A stretch of DNA of 64,000 nt, taken from positions 71,784,433 to 71,848,432 of the forward strand of contig NC_057718.1 of assembly GCF_004010195.1 (NCBI RefSeq), in the 5' to 3' direction. The notes beneath the pieces were generated by a model. It did no database searches. It saw nothing but the letters and a program-made list of their open reading frames with translations, and was not told where the DNA came from. Positions 26,713-40,601 of this stretch are shown here, piece after piece. Each line of letters starts with the position of its first letter. The stretch's first letter is position 1. Both the position numbers and the translations under genes were made by a program. The DNA is from Chiloscyllium plagiosum. Taxonomy: Eukaryota.

Positions 26713-29700
26713 ATCAATGGCACAAATAGAGAAATTAGTGTAGATAGAAAGGATGTTCTGAGTGGTTTAGCATGCCAAGAAGTAGATAAAATCTCCAGAG
26801 CTGTAGTAAATGCAAGCTGGGTTGTTGAGTGAGGCAAGGGACAAATTTAGCAGGTGTGTTTGCAAAAATGTTCAATTCTCTCCGTCCACAAAGGACAACA
26901 AAATAGTACTATTATTCAAGAAAGGAACAAGAGTCAAACCAGGAAATTACAATGGTGTGCCAACTGTTGAAATCAATTTTAACTTTAAGGTTAATCTGTG
27001 TTTGGAGAGGCAGGGATTAATCAAGAACAATTAGCATGGCTTTGCTGAAGGGAGGTCATGTCTGATCAACTTGACTGATTTTTTCGAAGTGGTGACTTGG
27101 TACATCAATTAAGGCAACCCTTTTGATGTGGTCTACTTGTACTTCAACAAGGCTTTTGGTAAAGTCCCACATGGGAGACTAATACCAAAGCTAAGAGCCC
27201 ATGAGATTCAAGAAAACTTGACAAATTGGATCCAACATTGACTGAATGGCAGGAAGCAGAGGGTGATGGTTGTAAATAGTACACAATGCGATGGACGTCT
27301 ATGTCCATTGTGATCCCACAAGAGTCAGTGCTGGCACTCTTGCTATTGTAGTTTATATAAACGACTTGACTTGAGTACAGGAAGGTTCATCAATAAGTTC
27401 ACAGATGATACAAAAATTGGTGGGCTGGCAAATAGTGAGAGGATACTTACAGAAGGATATGTAGGGCATTTAGCTTAGAGTAGCATCCAGATGCAGTTGT
27501 GAAACCCCATAGCAGCAGCCAGAAGGTGAGGACACAGTAAGCCTGTAAATCTAGCACAGTGCGGATTAAGATCCAGTCTTTACAGGTCACGTAGCTTGGA
27601 GCAGTATCCAGGAGCAGTCGGGAAACTCTAGTGCAGCAGCAGCAGCAGCTAAGAGGCAAGGATACGGTAACCAATAAGCTGCTGCAGGAACATCAAAAGA
27701 ATTTCCAGTGCAGCTCCTGCTGAGTCATAGCTTCAAAAGATGAGAGGGGCTCTGGACTGGTAAGTGTGGGTCACCTGACAAATACTGGTTAACCCTTTCT
27801 TATCCCAATGGATTTAGAGCAGTGGGAACTCAATTACAGCTAACCTTTTCCATAATCTTAGTGATAAAGGAATAGGAAATCAGCTGCCTATTAAGGATTA
27901 CTATAAGTGAAGCTAAGTTTACCTAATTAACTCAGACCTTATAAGTTTCTAACCCTTTAAGTTTTAGAATCATGGGAATTCTGTCGATACAGAATGAGGG
28001 TAGAAAATATTTGATTTTTATTTGTTAATGGAATACTACCTGTGCGAAGCTTAGTGAGAAATTAGCTCAAGTGACCACCTAATTAGCTAAAACCTAATAA
28101 AATAAGGAAGGGGTTATATATACATACTTTAATAAACTAACTAGAAGATGAAAATGGCGGTCAGGGCCGTCACATGGTCTACCTTTGACATGTAGCAACT
28201 CTGGGAGAGTTCAACAGTCCCAGGTGACTTCATTTACAGGTAGTGTGTATAGCTGCAGCTCTTAACAGATCACTTCAATCAACTGGAGCAGCATGTGGAC
28301 ACACATAGGAGGCCAAAAGGGGAATTTGAAAGAGGTGGCCAACCCAACATTGAGGTAGATAGATGAGTAATGGTCACAAGGGGCAAACAGTTAGTGCAGA
28401 ACTCCCTGTGACTGTTCTCCTTTCGAACAAATATACCGTCTTAGGTGGTATTCAGGGGACAACCTATCAGTGCATGACAAAAGCAGTAGCCAGAACAGTG
28501 ACACCATAACTGGCTCTGTTGGACAGCAGGGTAGGTCGAAATGCAGGCAAGCAGTGGTAGCTGGGGACTCAATAGTTAGAGGCATAGACATGTGATTATA
28601 TGGTTTCAAACGAGACTCCAGGATGGTGTCTTGCCTCCCTGGTGCCAAGGTTAAGGCTATCACCAAGCATGCTCAGGACATACTGAAGTGGGACAGTGAA
28701 AAGCTAGCATTCGTGGTACACAATGACATATGCAGAAAGGGTGACAAGGTCCTGCAAGGACAGTTCAGGGTGCTAGGCCGTAAGTTGAAAAGCAGGACCT
28801 CCAGGATTGTAATCTTGCGATAACTCTCAATGTCAGTGATATTGAGGCAAGGAATAGGAAGATAGTACATTTTAACAAGTGGCTAATGAGTTGATTCAGA
28901 GGGAGGGTTTCAGATTTCTGGATCATTGGGATTTCTTCCAAGGCAGGTGGGACCTGTACAAAAAGGTCAAGTTGCATCTTAACTGGAGGGGTGCCAGCTT
29001 CCTTTTGGGGAGGTTTGCTAATGCCACTTGGGTGGATTTAAACTAATAAGGCAGGGGATGAAAACCAAAGCAACTCATCAGAAAGTGAGCAGAAGGTATA
29101 AGTTAATAGGATAAACAGACAAGACCAGTTTAATAACCATCGTGAGGAAAGGAATCATAAAAGATCAAAATGTGAATTGTAAGTTGGAGCAAATGATAAA
29201 GATGAAGCTCAGGTTCATCAGGATTAAGAAATAAGGATAGAGAGTATAGAAAGTGTAGTGCACAAGAAAATATTAAAAATGAAAGGCAAACCAATATAAC
29301 TTATATTAAAACCTTGAACCTAAACTAGTCAGAATCAAGTTGATGAACTGATGGCTTAAATAGAGAGAAATGGGTAAGACCTGATGAAATGTGGTTACAA
29401 AAGAGTTAAGTGTCTGTGAGTTAAGTGTCTAAGAATACTTAATATTCTGAAAGGATAGTCAAGAAAGAGCAGAAGGTGGAGTTGCTTGACTGATGAAGGA
29501 TGACATTAAGGCTATACTAAGAAATGATATTGGCACGAGAAGCCAAAATGTTGAATCAGTCTGGATGGAAAAGGGAAGAAACGCCTTGGTTGGGGTAATT
29601 TACAGGCTCCTGACAGTATTTCTGGAGGAGGGCATATTGGTTGGATTAATTGACTTGGCACGGGTAGCTGCAAAAAAAGGTTCATGGTTCTCAGTGCACC

Positions 29701-30748
29701 ATGTCATGGAGCCAACTAGAGACCTGGTAACTTTAGATTTGGTATCATGTAACGAAGAACGATTGATAAATGGTCATTAAGGAACCTCATGGAAGGAGTG
29801 ACCATAACAAGCCAGAGTTTCAAATTCAGATTGAAAGAGCGAAGACGGAGTTGCATTTTAACACTAGCCTGACGAAGGAATTGGCTAAGAGATTTTGCAA
29901 TTATATTAAAGAGCAGGACAGTTGAAGTACAGTGGCAAATGTTTAGGGAGATACTAAATACTAAATAACTTAAATACGAAATAACATTTATTCCTGAGAG
30001 GAAGAGGGATTGTAAAAACGGGAAAAATTATCATTGGCTTAACAAGGAAGTCAAGAATAACATAAAGGCATATCATTACTCCAAACGTTAGTGGCACAGT
30101 GGAGGATTGGAAGAATTTTAAGTGTCAGTAAAGTGTTACTATAAGTGAAATTTAAAAAAAAGCTAAGGTGAACTAGGAAAGGAAACTAGTACAAAACATA
30201 TGTCCTTGTACCAAAAGCTTCTATAATTATGTAAAAAGGAAGAGAATAGTGAAAGTAAATGTTGGTCCTTTAGAGTACAACACTGGCGAGGTAATAATTG
30301 GAAACTTAGAAATGGCATAGGCATTAAACCAATATCCTGTCTCTGTTTTCACAGTGCAAGATAACAATTTCTTCCCTAAAATTGTGGTTACTATAGAGTA
30401 ACTTGGTTAAGTTACTATAACTAGGGAGAAACATAGAACATAGAACGTTACAGCGCAGTGCAGACCCTTCCCACCCTCAATGTTGCGCAGACCTGTGAAA
30501 TTACTCTGATGCCCAGCTAACCTATACTATTCCATTATTATGTCCAATGCCTATTTAAATGCCCTTAACATCACTGAGTCTACCACTGTTGCAGTCAGAC
30601 CATTCCACGCCTCTAGTAAAGAAATTACCCCTGATATCTGTTCTAAATCGATCACGCCTCGATTTACAGCTATGTCCCCTCGTTTTCGCCTTCACCATCT
30701 GAGGAAATAGGCTCTCACTGTCCACCCGATCTGATTACCTTATACGTC

Positions 30749-31233
30749 CTCAGTGCTTGGGAGCCTCCTGTGAAGCGCTTCTGTGATCTTTCCTCCGGTA
30801 TTTGTAGTGGTTTGAATCTGCCGCTTCCGGTTGTCAGTGGTCGGTATATTGGGTCCAGGTCGATGTGCTTATTGATTGAATTTGTGGATGAGTGCCCTGC
30901 CTCTAGGAATTCCCTAACTGTTCTCTGTTTGGCTTGTCCTATAATAGTAGTGTTGTCCCAGTCGAATTCATATTGCTTGTCATCTGTGTGTGTGGCTACG
31001 AAGGACCCAATATACCGACCACTTCAGCGGACAGCTGGAACTGACGACCGGAAGCGGCAGATTCAAACCACTACAAATGCCGGGGGAAAGATCACAGAAG
31101 CGCTTCACAGGAGGCTCCCAAGCACTGAGGGTGTCATCTAGACAGGGGACGAAAAATCTGCAATGCAAATTCCCAGCTCGGCGAACAGAACCACAACAAT
31201 GAGCACCCGAGCTACAAATCTTCTCACAAACTT
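30749..31233. mobile_element. Penelope-like family 3 insertion with inverted segment
   Basis: Perfect 17-bp TSD tgattaccttatacgtc (30732-30748, 31234-31250); GIY-YIG C-terminal part on - followed by the terminal repeat on +; decayed hammerhead motif at 31125-31158. Confidence 0.88.
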
Positions 31234-31526
31234 TGATTACCTTATACGTCTCAATTAGGTTACCTCTCAACCTACTTCTCTCCAACGAAAACAGCCTTAG
31301 TTCCCTCAGCCTTTCCTCAGGCAACATCTTAGTAAATCTCCTCTGAACCCTTTCCAAAACTTTCACATCCTTCCTGTAATGCGGTGACCAGAACTGCACG
31401 CAATACTCCAGGTGCGACCTTGCCAGTGTCTCGTACGGCTGAAGCATGATCTCATGGCTCCGAAATTCCCCGACTAATAAACGCCAACACACCATATGCT
31501 TTCTTAACAACCCTATCAATCTGGGT

Positions 31527-32405
31527 TGAAAAATGTGTTGCTGGAAAAGCGCAGCAGGTCAGGCAGCATCCAAGGAGCAGGAGAATTGACGTTTCGGGCA
31601 TAAGCCATTCTTCAGGAATTAGTAAGGTGTGCCAAGCAGGCTAAGATAAAAGGTAGGGAGGAGGGACTTGGGGGAGGGGCGTTGGGAGTTGCCATGGTCT
31701 GGCGATGGAGGAGGCCAAGGACCTGCATGTCCTTGGCGGAGTGGGAGGGGGAGTTAAAGTGTTCAGCCACGGGGTGGTTGGGTTGGTTTGTCCAGGTGTC
31801 CCAGAGGTGTTCTCCGAAACGTTCCGCAAGTAGGCGGCCTGTCTTCCCAATGTAGAGGAGACCACATCAGGTGCAGCGGATGCAGTAAATGATGTGTGTG
31901 GAGGTGGAAGTGAATTTGTCACAGATATGGAAGGATCCTTGGAGGCCTTGGAGGGAAGTGAGGAGGGAGGTGTGGGCGCAAGTTTTGCATTTCTTGCGGT
32001 TGCAGGGGAAGGTGCCGGGAGTGGAGGTTGGGTTGGTGGGGGGTGTGGACCTGACGAGGGAGTCACGGAGGGAGTGGTCTTTTCAGAATGCTGATAGGGG
32101 AGGGGAGGGAAATATATCCTTGGTGGTGGGGTCTGTTTGGAGGTGGCGGAAATGACGAAGGATGATACGATATATCTGGAGGTTGGTGGGGTATTGGTGA
32201 GGACCAGTGGGATTCTGTCCTGGTGGCAATTGGAGGGACGGGTTCAAGGGCAGAGGAGTGGGAAGTGGAGGAGATGCGGTGGAGAGCATCGTCAATCACG
32301 TCTGAGGGGAAATTGCGGTCTTTGAAGAAGGAGGCCATCTGGGTTGTTCGGTATTGGAATTGGTCCTCCTGGGAGCAGATGCGGCGGAGGTGAAGGAATT
32401 GGGAA
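31527..32405 (-). mobile_element. Penelope-like family 1 (Neptune-type) 3' fragment
   Basis: SQFLHLRRICSQEDQF, a CxxxxCxxC linker and GIY-YIG; TSD tca(a/c)tctgggt; hammerhead motif at 31588-31615. Confidence 0.9.
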
Positions 32406-35015
32406 TCACTCTGGGTGGCAACTTTCAGGGACTTATGTACTCGAACACCGAGATTTCTCTGTTCAGCTACCAAAAATTCCACATTAGCCCAGTACTCTGC
32501 ATTCCTGTTAGTTCGTCTGAAATGAACTACCTCACACCATTCCGTATTAAACTCCATTTGCCACTACTCAGCCCAGCTCTACATCTTATCTATGTCCCTC
32601 TGTAACTCACAACATCCTTCGGCACTACCCACAACTCTGCCTACCTTAGTGTCATCTGCAAATTTACGCCCACACCCAGATCATTTATAAAAATGACAAA
32701 CAGCAGTGGCCCCAAAACAGATTCTTGTGGCACACCACTGGTAACTGAGCTCCAGAATGAATGTTTCCCATCAACCACCACCCTCTGTCTTCTTTCAGGC
32801 AGCCAATTTCTGATCCAAACCGCTAAATCACCTTCAATCCCTAAACTCCGTACTTTGTGCAATAGCCGTACTGTGTGGAACCTTATCAAACGCCTTACTG
32901 AAGCCCATATACACCACATCAACCGCTTGACCTTCATCCACCTGTTTTGTCACCTTCTCGAAGAACTAAATAAGGTTAGTTAGACACGACCTACCCTTCA
33001 CAAAATCGTGCTGACTCTCCCTAATCAAATTATCCTTTTCAAGATGATTATAAATCCTGTCTCTTAAAACCTTTCCCAGCACCTTACCCACAACACAATT
33101 AAGCTTACTGGTCTTGTAATTGCCATGGTTGTCCCGACTCCCCTTCTTAAACAAGGGAACAACATTTGATATCCTCCCATCTTCTGGCACTACTCCTTCG
33201 ACAATGATCAAAGGCAAAAGCTCTGCAGTCTCTTCCCTGGCTTCCCAGAGAATCCAAGGATAAAGCCCATCAGGTCCAGGGGTCTTACTATTTTCAGATC
33301 TTCCAAAATTGCTAAAACTTCCTCTTTGTCAGCCACAATCCCATCTAATCTAGTAGCCTCTATCTCCGTATTCTCATTAACATTGCCCTTTTCCAATGTG
33401 AATACTGACAAAAAGTATTCATTATGCGCTTCCCCATGTACTCAGATCCGACACACAACTTCCCACTACGTCTTTGATTGACCCTAATCTTATTCTATTA
33501 AGTATTAAGTAAACTGATGGGATTAAAGACAGTTAAGTCCATGGGGCCTGACTGCCTGCACCCAAAAGAAGCAGAGATAGTGGATGCATTAATTATGATT
33601 TTTCAAAATTCTCTGGGATCTGGAAAGGTACCAGTAGATTGGAAAATTGCTGGTGTGACACCCTTATTCAAAAAAAGACATAGGAAGATAGTGGGAAACT
33701 ACAGACAAGTTAGTCTGACTTCTGTAGTGGGTAAGTTGCTGGAATCAATCTTTAGGGAGGTAAATAAACATAGAGACAAAATGTCAAGCAGGATAGAAAG
33801 AGACTCTTTGGTCCAACCAGTCATACAGACATAGAGATGTGCAGCATGGCAACAGACCCTCCGGACCAACCTGTCCATGCCGACCAGATATCCCAACCTA
33901 ATTTAGTCCCACCTGTCAGCACTCAGCCCATATCCCTCCAAATCCTTCCTATTCATATACCCATCCAGATGCCTTATAAATGTTGAAATTGTACTGGCCT
34001 CCACCTCTTCCTCTGGCAGCTAATTCCATACACATACCACCCTCTGCACGAAAAAGTTGCCCCTCAAGTCTCTTTTATATCTTCCCCTCTCACCTTAAAC
34101 CTATGCCCTCTAGTTCTGGACTCCCCCACCCAAGGGAAAAGACTTTGTTTATTTATCCTATCCAATGCCCCTCATGATTTTATAAACCTCCATAAGGACA
34201 CCCCTCAGCCTCTGACACTCCAGGGAAAACAGCCTGAGCCTATTCAACCTCTCCCTATAGCTCAAATCCTCCAACCCTGGCAACATCCTTGTAAATCTTT
34301 TCTGAACCCTTTCAAGTTTCACAACGTATTTTCGATAGGAAGGAGACCAGAGTTGCATGCAATATTCCAACAGTGGCCTAACCAATGTCCTGTACAGTCG
34401 CAAAATGACCTCCCAACTCCTGTACTCAATACTCTGGCCAATAAAGGAAAACATTCCAAACACCTTCTTCACTATCCTATCTACCTGTGACTCCACCTTC
34501 AAGGAACTATGAACCTGCACTCCAAGGTTCCTTTGTTCAGCAACACTCCCTAGGACCTCCCTAGAACACTCCCTAAGTCCTGCTAAGATTTGCTTTCCCA
34601 AAATGCATCACCTCTCATTTATCTAAATTAAACTCCATCTGCCACTTCTCAGCTCACTGGCCCATCTGGTCAAGATCCCGTTGTAATCTGAGGTAACCTT
34701 CCTTGCTGAATACTGCACCTCCAATTTTGGTGTCATCTGCAAACTTACTAACTATACCTCTTATGCTCACATCCAAATCATTTATACAAATGATGAAAAG
34801 TAGTGGACCCAGCACCAATCCTTGTGGCATTCCACTGGTCACAGGCCTCCAGTCTGAAAAACAACCCTCCACCACCACCCTCTGTCTTCTACTTTTGAGC
34901 CAGTTCTGTAACCAAATGGCTAGTTCTCCCTGTATTCCATGAGTTCTAACCTTGCTAAAAATGTGTTGCTGGAGAAGCGCAGCAGGTCAGGCAGCATCCA
35001 GGGAACAGGAGAATC

Positions 35016-35043
35016 GACGTTTCGGGCATAAGCCCTTCTTCAG
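35016..35043 (-). ncRNA. Minimal hammerhead ribozyme motif (Penelope terminal repeat)
   Basis: CUGAAGA-A-GGGC-UUAU-GCCC-GAAA-CGUC: both conserved core boxes, a 4-bp helix II and a GUC site. Confidence 0.8.
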
Positions 35044-35158
35044 GAATGAGGAAAGTTTGTCCAGCAGGCTAAGATAAAAGGTAGGGAGGAGGGATTTGGG
35101 GGAGGGGCATCGGAAATGCGATAGGTGGAAAGAGGTCAAGGTGAGAGTGATAGGTCAG

Positions 35159-35872
35159 NNNNNNNNNNNNNNNNNNNNNNNNNNNNNNNNNNNNNNNNNN
35201 NNNNNNNNNNNNNNNNNNNNNNNNNNNNNNNNNNNNNNNNNNNNNNNNNNNNNNNNNNNNNNNNNNNNNNNNNNNNNNNNNNNNNNNNNNNNNNNNNNNN
35301 NNNNNNNNNNNNNNNNNNNNNNNNNNNNNNNNNNNNNNNNNNNNNNNNNNNNNNNNNNNNNNNNNNNNNNNNNNNNNNNNNNNNNNNNNNNNNNNNNNNN
35401 NNNNNNNNNNNNNNNNNNNNNNNNNNNNNNNNNNNNNNNNNNNNNNNNNNNNNNNNNNNNNNNNNNNNNNNNNNNNNNNNNNNNNNNNNNNNNNNNNNNN
35501 NNNNNNNNNNNNNNNNNNNNNNNNNNNNNNNNNNNNNNNNNNNNNNNNNNNNNNNNNNNNNNNNNNNNNNNNNNNNNNNNNNNNNNNNNNNNNNNNNNNN
35601 NNNNNNNNNNNNNNNNNNNNNNNNNNNNNNNNNNNNNNNNNNNNNNNNNNNNNNNNNNNNNNNNNNNNNNNNNNNNNNNNNNNNNNNNNNNNNNNNNNNN
35701 NNNNNNNNNNNNNNNNNNNNNNNNNNNNNNNNNNNNNNNNNNNNNNNNNNNNNNNNNNNNNNNNNNNNNNNNNNNNNNNNNNNNNNNNNNNNNNNNNNNN
35801 NNNNNNNNNNNNNNNNNNNNNNNNNNNNNNNNNNNNNNNNNNNNNNNNNNNNNNNNNNNNNNNNNNNNNNNN
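35159..35872. other. Assembly gap (714 N)
   Basis: Run of N. Confidence 1.
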
Positions 35873-36010
35873 GACCTCTCCGCCCCCACCCCCGTCTGAC
35901 CTATCACCCTCACCTTGACCTCTTTCCACCTATCACATTTCCGACGCCCCTCCCCCAAGTCCCTCCTCCCTACCTTTTATCTTAGCCTGCTGGACAAACT
36001 TTCCTCATTC

Positions 36011-36038
36011 CTGAAGAAGGGCTTATGCCCGAAACGTC
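36011..36038 (+). ncRNA. Minimal hammerhead ribozyme motif
   Basis: ctgaagaagggcttatgcccgaaacgtc. Identical copies lie at 36687-36714(-), 55138-55165(-) and 58076-58103(+). Confidence 0.8.
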
Positions 36039-36206
36039 GATTCTCCTGTTCCCTGGATGCTGCCTGACCTGCTGCGCTTTTCCAGCAACACATTTTCAGC
36101 TCTGATTTCCAGCATCTGCAGACCTCACTTTCTCCTCAAAGATTCTAACCTTGCTAACAAACCTCCCATGGCAAAACTTGTCGAATGCCTTACTTAAGTC
36201 CATATA

Positions 36207-36436
36207 AAGTTTAAAATCACACAACACCAGGTTATAGGCCAACAGGTTTACTTGGAAGTACACTAGCTTTCGGAGCGTCACTCCTTCATCAGGTGATCCG
36301 ATGAAGGAACTATCACCTGATGAAGGTGCGACGTTCCGAAAGCTAGTGTGCTTTCAAGTAAACCTGTTGGACTATAACCTGGTGTTGTGTGATTTTTAAC
36401 TTTGTACACCCCAGTCCAACACCGGCATCTCCAAAT
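36207..36436. mobile_element. Penelope-like family 2 short palindromic insertion with two hammerhead motifs
   Basis: Perfect 14-bp TSD cttaagtccatata; inverted arms; CUGAUGA-AGGAG-ugacg-CUCC-GAAA-GCUA at 36264-36292(-) and a variant at 36317-36345(+). Confidence 0.85.
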
Positions 36437-36587
36437 CTTAAGTCCATATAGATCACATCTGCCGCTCTTCCCTCATCAATCCTCTTTGTTACTTCCTCAA
36501 AAAACTCAGTCAAATTTGAGAGACACAATTTCTACGCACAAAGCCATGTTGACTATCCCTAATCAATCCTTGCCTTTCCAAATACAT

Positions 36588-36720
36588 AGGAGAAAGTGAG
36601 GACTGCAGATGCTGGAGATCAGAGCTTAAAAATGTGTTGCTGGAAAAGCGCAGCAGGTCAGGCAGCATCAAAGGAGCAGGAGAATCGACGTTTCGGGCAT
36701 AAGCCCTTCTTCAGGAATTT
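36588..36720 (-). mobile_element. Penelope-like family 1 solo terminal repeat
   Basis: Single ~130-bp unit with an intact hammerhead motif at 36687-36714. Confidence 0.85.
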
Positions 36721-39700
36721 ACATGTCCATGTACATCCTGTCTTTCACGATTCTCTCCAATACCTTGCCCACCACTGACGTCAGGCTCACTAGTCTATAG
36801 TTCTCTGGCTTGTCCCTTACCACTTTTCTTAAACAGTAGCATCACGTTAGTCAACCTCCACTCTTCTGGCACCTCACCTGTGACTAGCGATGCTACAATA
36901 TCTCAGTAAGAGGCCAAAATTCACTTCCCTAGCTTCCCACAGAGTTCTAGGGTACACCTGGTCAGGTCCTGGGGATGTATCCACTTTTATACATTTCAAG
37001 ACATCCAGCATTTCCTCCTCTGTAATATGGACATTTTTCAAGATGTCACCATCTATTTCCCTCCATTCTATATCTTCCGTGTCCTTTTCCACAGTAAACA
37101 TTGGTGCAACATACTCGTTTAGTATCTCCCCCATCTCCTGCGACTCCACACAAAGGCCCTCTTGCTGATCTTTAAGAGGCCCTATTCTCACCCTAGTTAC
37201 TCTTTTGTCCTTAATGTATTTGTAAAAACCCTTTGGATTCTCCTTAACTGTATTTGCCAAAGCTATCTCATATCCCCTTTTTGCCCTCCTGATTTCCCTC
37301 TTAAGTATACTCCTACTCCCTTTATACTCTTCTAAGGATTCACTCGATCCATCCTGTCTATACTAGACATATGCTTCCTTCTTTTTCTTAACCAAACCCT
37401 CAATTTCTCTCGTCGTCCAGCATTCCCTACATCTACCAGCCTTCCCTTTCACCCTAACAGGAATATACTTTCTCTGGACTCTCGTTATCTCATTTCTGAA
37501 TGCTTCCCATTTTCCAGTCGTAGATTACCTGTTAACCTCTGCCCCCAAACAGCTTTTGAAAGTTCTTGCCTAATACTGTCAAAATAGGCCTTTCTCCAAT
37601 TTAGAACTTCAACTTTTACCTTGCTGACCATAATGCCAAATGAAGTTAGTCCCACCTGCCTCTGCCTGGACCATATCCCTACAAACACTTCTTATTCACA
37701 TATTTATCTAAACGTCTTTTAAACGTTGAGACACATTTATCACTTCCTCTGGAAGTTCATTCCACACAAAGTTGTCCCTCATGATTTTGAAAAAATCTTT
37801 CTCTTCTCACCCCAGTCTTGAAATACCCCACTCTAGGGAAAAGATACCTGCCATTCATTTTATCTATACCCCTTGTGAGCAATGAACGCAAGTAGGCTAA
37901 ACACATTCTTATCCACTCTATCTATCTGTGACAGAAACTTCAAAGAATTGTGTACCTGAACCCCTAGGTCTCTCTGTTCTACAACACTACAATAAGGCCT
38001 TACTTTTAATTGTATAAGTCCTGCTTTGTTAGCTTTACCAAAAAAAATTTGGAAAAACAAAGCTCAGTTCACCAGTTATCAGCACTGTTTCATGAAGGGC
38101 AAGTCATACTTGACAAACTTGCTGGACTTCTTTTAGGATGTAACCAGCAAGGTGGATAATGGGAACCCAGTAGATGTAGTATATCTAAACTTCCAGAAGG
38201 CATTTGACAAGTTGCCACATAAAAGATTGATCCAAAACATTAGACTTGTGTGGATTAAGGGTAGAATATTGACTTTGATAGAAGATTGGCTGACTGACAG
38301 AAAGCAGAGGGTTGGGATAATTAGGTCCTTTTCTGGATGGCGATCCGTAACTCACAGAATGCCGCAGGGTTCAGTTCTCAGACCTCAACAATTTACAATA
38401 TATAGAAGTGATCTGCAGGCAGGGACAGAATGTAATATAGAAAAGTTAGTGGATACACTAAAATAGATGGGAAAGCAGGCAGAGATGAGAAGATAAGAAT
38501 TTACAGATGGATATTAATAGGCTAGGAGAATGGACCAGAATCTGGCAGATGTAGTTTCATGTGTGACAGTATGAGATTATCCATTTTAACCTGAAAGATT
38601 AAAGGGCAAATCATTATTTAAGTGGTAAGCCGATTCAAAGTGTGTCACATAGAGAGATTTAGGCGTCTTTGTGCATGAATCACAATAAGTGAGCATGCAG
38701 GTACAACATATAATAAGAAAGGCCTATGGAAACCTGGCATTTATTGCAAAAGGACTGGATTATAAAAATAAAGAAGTGGTGTTACAATTATAAAGCATTC
38801 ATGAGATTACATCTGGAATATTGTGTCCACGTTTAGTCTCCGTATTTGAGGAAGGAAGCGGTGCACTGGAAGCATTTCAGAGAAGATTCACAAAGCAGTT
38901 GAATATCTTAGGCTTTGTACTCATTGGAGTTCAGATGTATGAGGGTGGATCTGATTGAGGTATATAAAATGCAAAGGGGATTGATAAGATGGATGTTGAA
39001 CAGATGTTTCTCCTTGAGGGACAGCTTGAACAACAGGTCATGGATATACCATGTGAGATAATATAGGTTCAAAACTGAGAGGAGGAGAAATTACTACTCT
39101 CACAAGGTTGAGAATGTGTGGAAATCACTGCCCCAGAGTGCAGTGGAGCCAGAATCAATCAACAAGTTCAAGAAAGAAATAGATATGTTTCTGATTTTAA
39201 AAAAAAGGAGAAACAGATATTGGAGAGGAGGCAGAAAGTGAAATTGAAACCAGGATAAAATCAGCCATGATTGTGTTGAACAGCAGAGTGGGCTGAAAGG
39301 GCTGAATTGCCTTCTCCTGATCCAAATTCCTATGTTCCTGTGATATGGTCAGATTGGCTAAATAGAGACAAATGGAATTTAATCCAGATAAATGGTTATA
39401 CACTTGGGCAGGACAAACAAGCCAAAGGAATACATGACGAACATTAGGACCTGGGGAAGCACCAAGGATCAGAGATACTTAGGTGTGCATGTACACTGGT
39501 CCCTTAAGGTAGATAGGTGGATAAATTAATTAAGAAGGCATATGGTATACTTGCCTTTATTTGTTGTCGAGCCAGAGCTTAGCTTAACAGCAGGGAGATG
39601 TGTTCGGAGAAAAAATGTTGGTTAGACCATAGCTTCAGTACTGAGTACAGGTCTGGAATCCAAAATTAGGAAGGATATTATAGCAATGCAAAGGGTGCAG

Positions 39701-40311
39701 AGAAGATTTATCTGGATGTTGCCTAAGCTGAAGAGTTTTAGTTATGAAGGGAGATTGGATAGACAGCAGCTGTTTTCCTTAAAGCAGAGGAGACTGAGAG
39801 GGGTTACACTAAAGATGTAAAAATGTATGAGGGGCATAGATAGCATAGACAGGAAAAAAACTTTTCACCTTGATGCAGGGATTAATGACCAGGGGACATA
39901 GATTTAAGCTATGATTTAGCTTAAATCATAAGATTTAGAAAAGATGTGAAGAAAAGTTTTTTTCACTCAGAGGGTGGTAGGAATCTGCAACTCTGCCTGA
40001 AAGAGGCAGAAATCCAATAAGTTTTAAGAAGTATTAAAGGGAGGTGATGGCCGAGTGGCATTATCACCAGACTACTAATCCAGAGACCCTTGTAATGTTC
40101 TGGGGAGCAGAATTTGAATCCTGCCATGCTAGATGGTAGAATCTGAATTCAAAGACATCTGTAATTAAGGGTTTAATGGTGACTGTGTAACCATTGTTGA
40201 TCATTGGAAAAATCCATCTGGTTCACTAATGACCTTCATGGAAGGCAACTGTGGTGCTTACATGATCTGGCCTACAAGTGATTCCAGACCACAGCAATAT
40301 GATTGACACAC

Positions 40312-40601
40312 TTAGATTACTTACAGGTCCCAACAAGTCCACACCGACCTGCCGAAGCACAACCCACCCATTCCCCTACATTTACCCCTTACCTAACACT
40401 ACGGGCAATTTAGCATGGCCAACTCACCTAACCTGCACATTTTCTGACTGTGGGAGGAAACCGGAGCACCCGGAGGAAACCCACACAGACACTGGGAGAA
40501 GGTGCAAACTCCACACAGTCAGTCGTCTGAGGCGGGAATTGAACCCTGGGTCTCTGACGCTGTGAGGCAGCAGTGCTAACCACTGTGCCACCGTGCTGCC
40601 C
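40312..40601 (-). mobile_element. HE1-type SINE nested in another SINE (40038-40752)
   Basis: Head GGGCAGCACGGTGGCACAGTGGTTAGCACTGCTGCCTCACAG on the minus strand. Confidence 0.92.

Larger units (their letters stand above)
30430..33497 (-). mobile_element. CR1 LINE, same subfamily as 46715-49540, carrying two Penelope insertions
   Basis: (agaacat)n tail at 30430; SGVPQESVLGPLLFVIFINDL; long near-identical stretches shared with the 46715-49540 copy. Confidence 0.92.
34959..36142. mobile_element. Penelope-like family 1 inverted pair spanning an assembly gap
   Basis: ~200-bp near-perfect inverted arms; perfect 15-bp TSD ttctaaccttgctaa (34944-34958, 36143-36157). Confidence 0.9.
33768..38050 (-). 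mobile_element. Two nested minus-strand CR1s (outer 33768-33822 + ~37620-38050; inner 33823-37620)
   Basis: Two consecutive 3' tails; the inner copy has KENPKGFYKYIKDKRV, TSGMPQGLVLGP and LERVQKRFTRMLPGLE. Confidence 0.88.
27466..39341 (+). mobile_element. Near full-length decayed CR1 (pieces ~27466-30429, 33498-33767, 38050-39341)
   Basis: ORF1 esterase AGDSIVRG / MVSCLPGAKV; APE remnants; LMGLKTVKSMGPD; VDVVYLNFQKAFDK; tail cctatgttcc. Confidence 0.85.

Noticed and set aside
35069..35985. Four 267-286-aa ORFs
   Set aside because: Artefacts of translating through the N gap.
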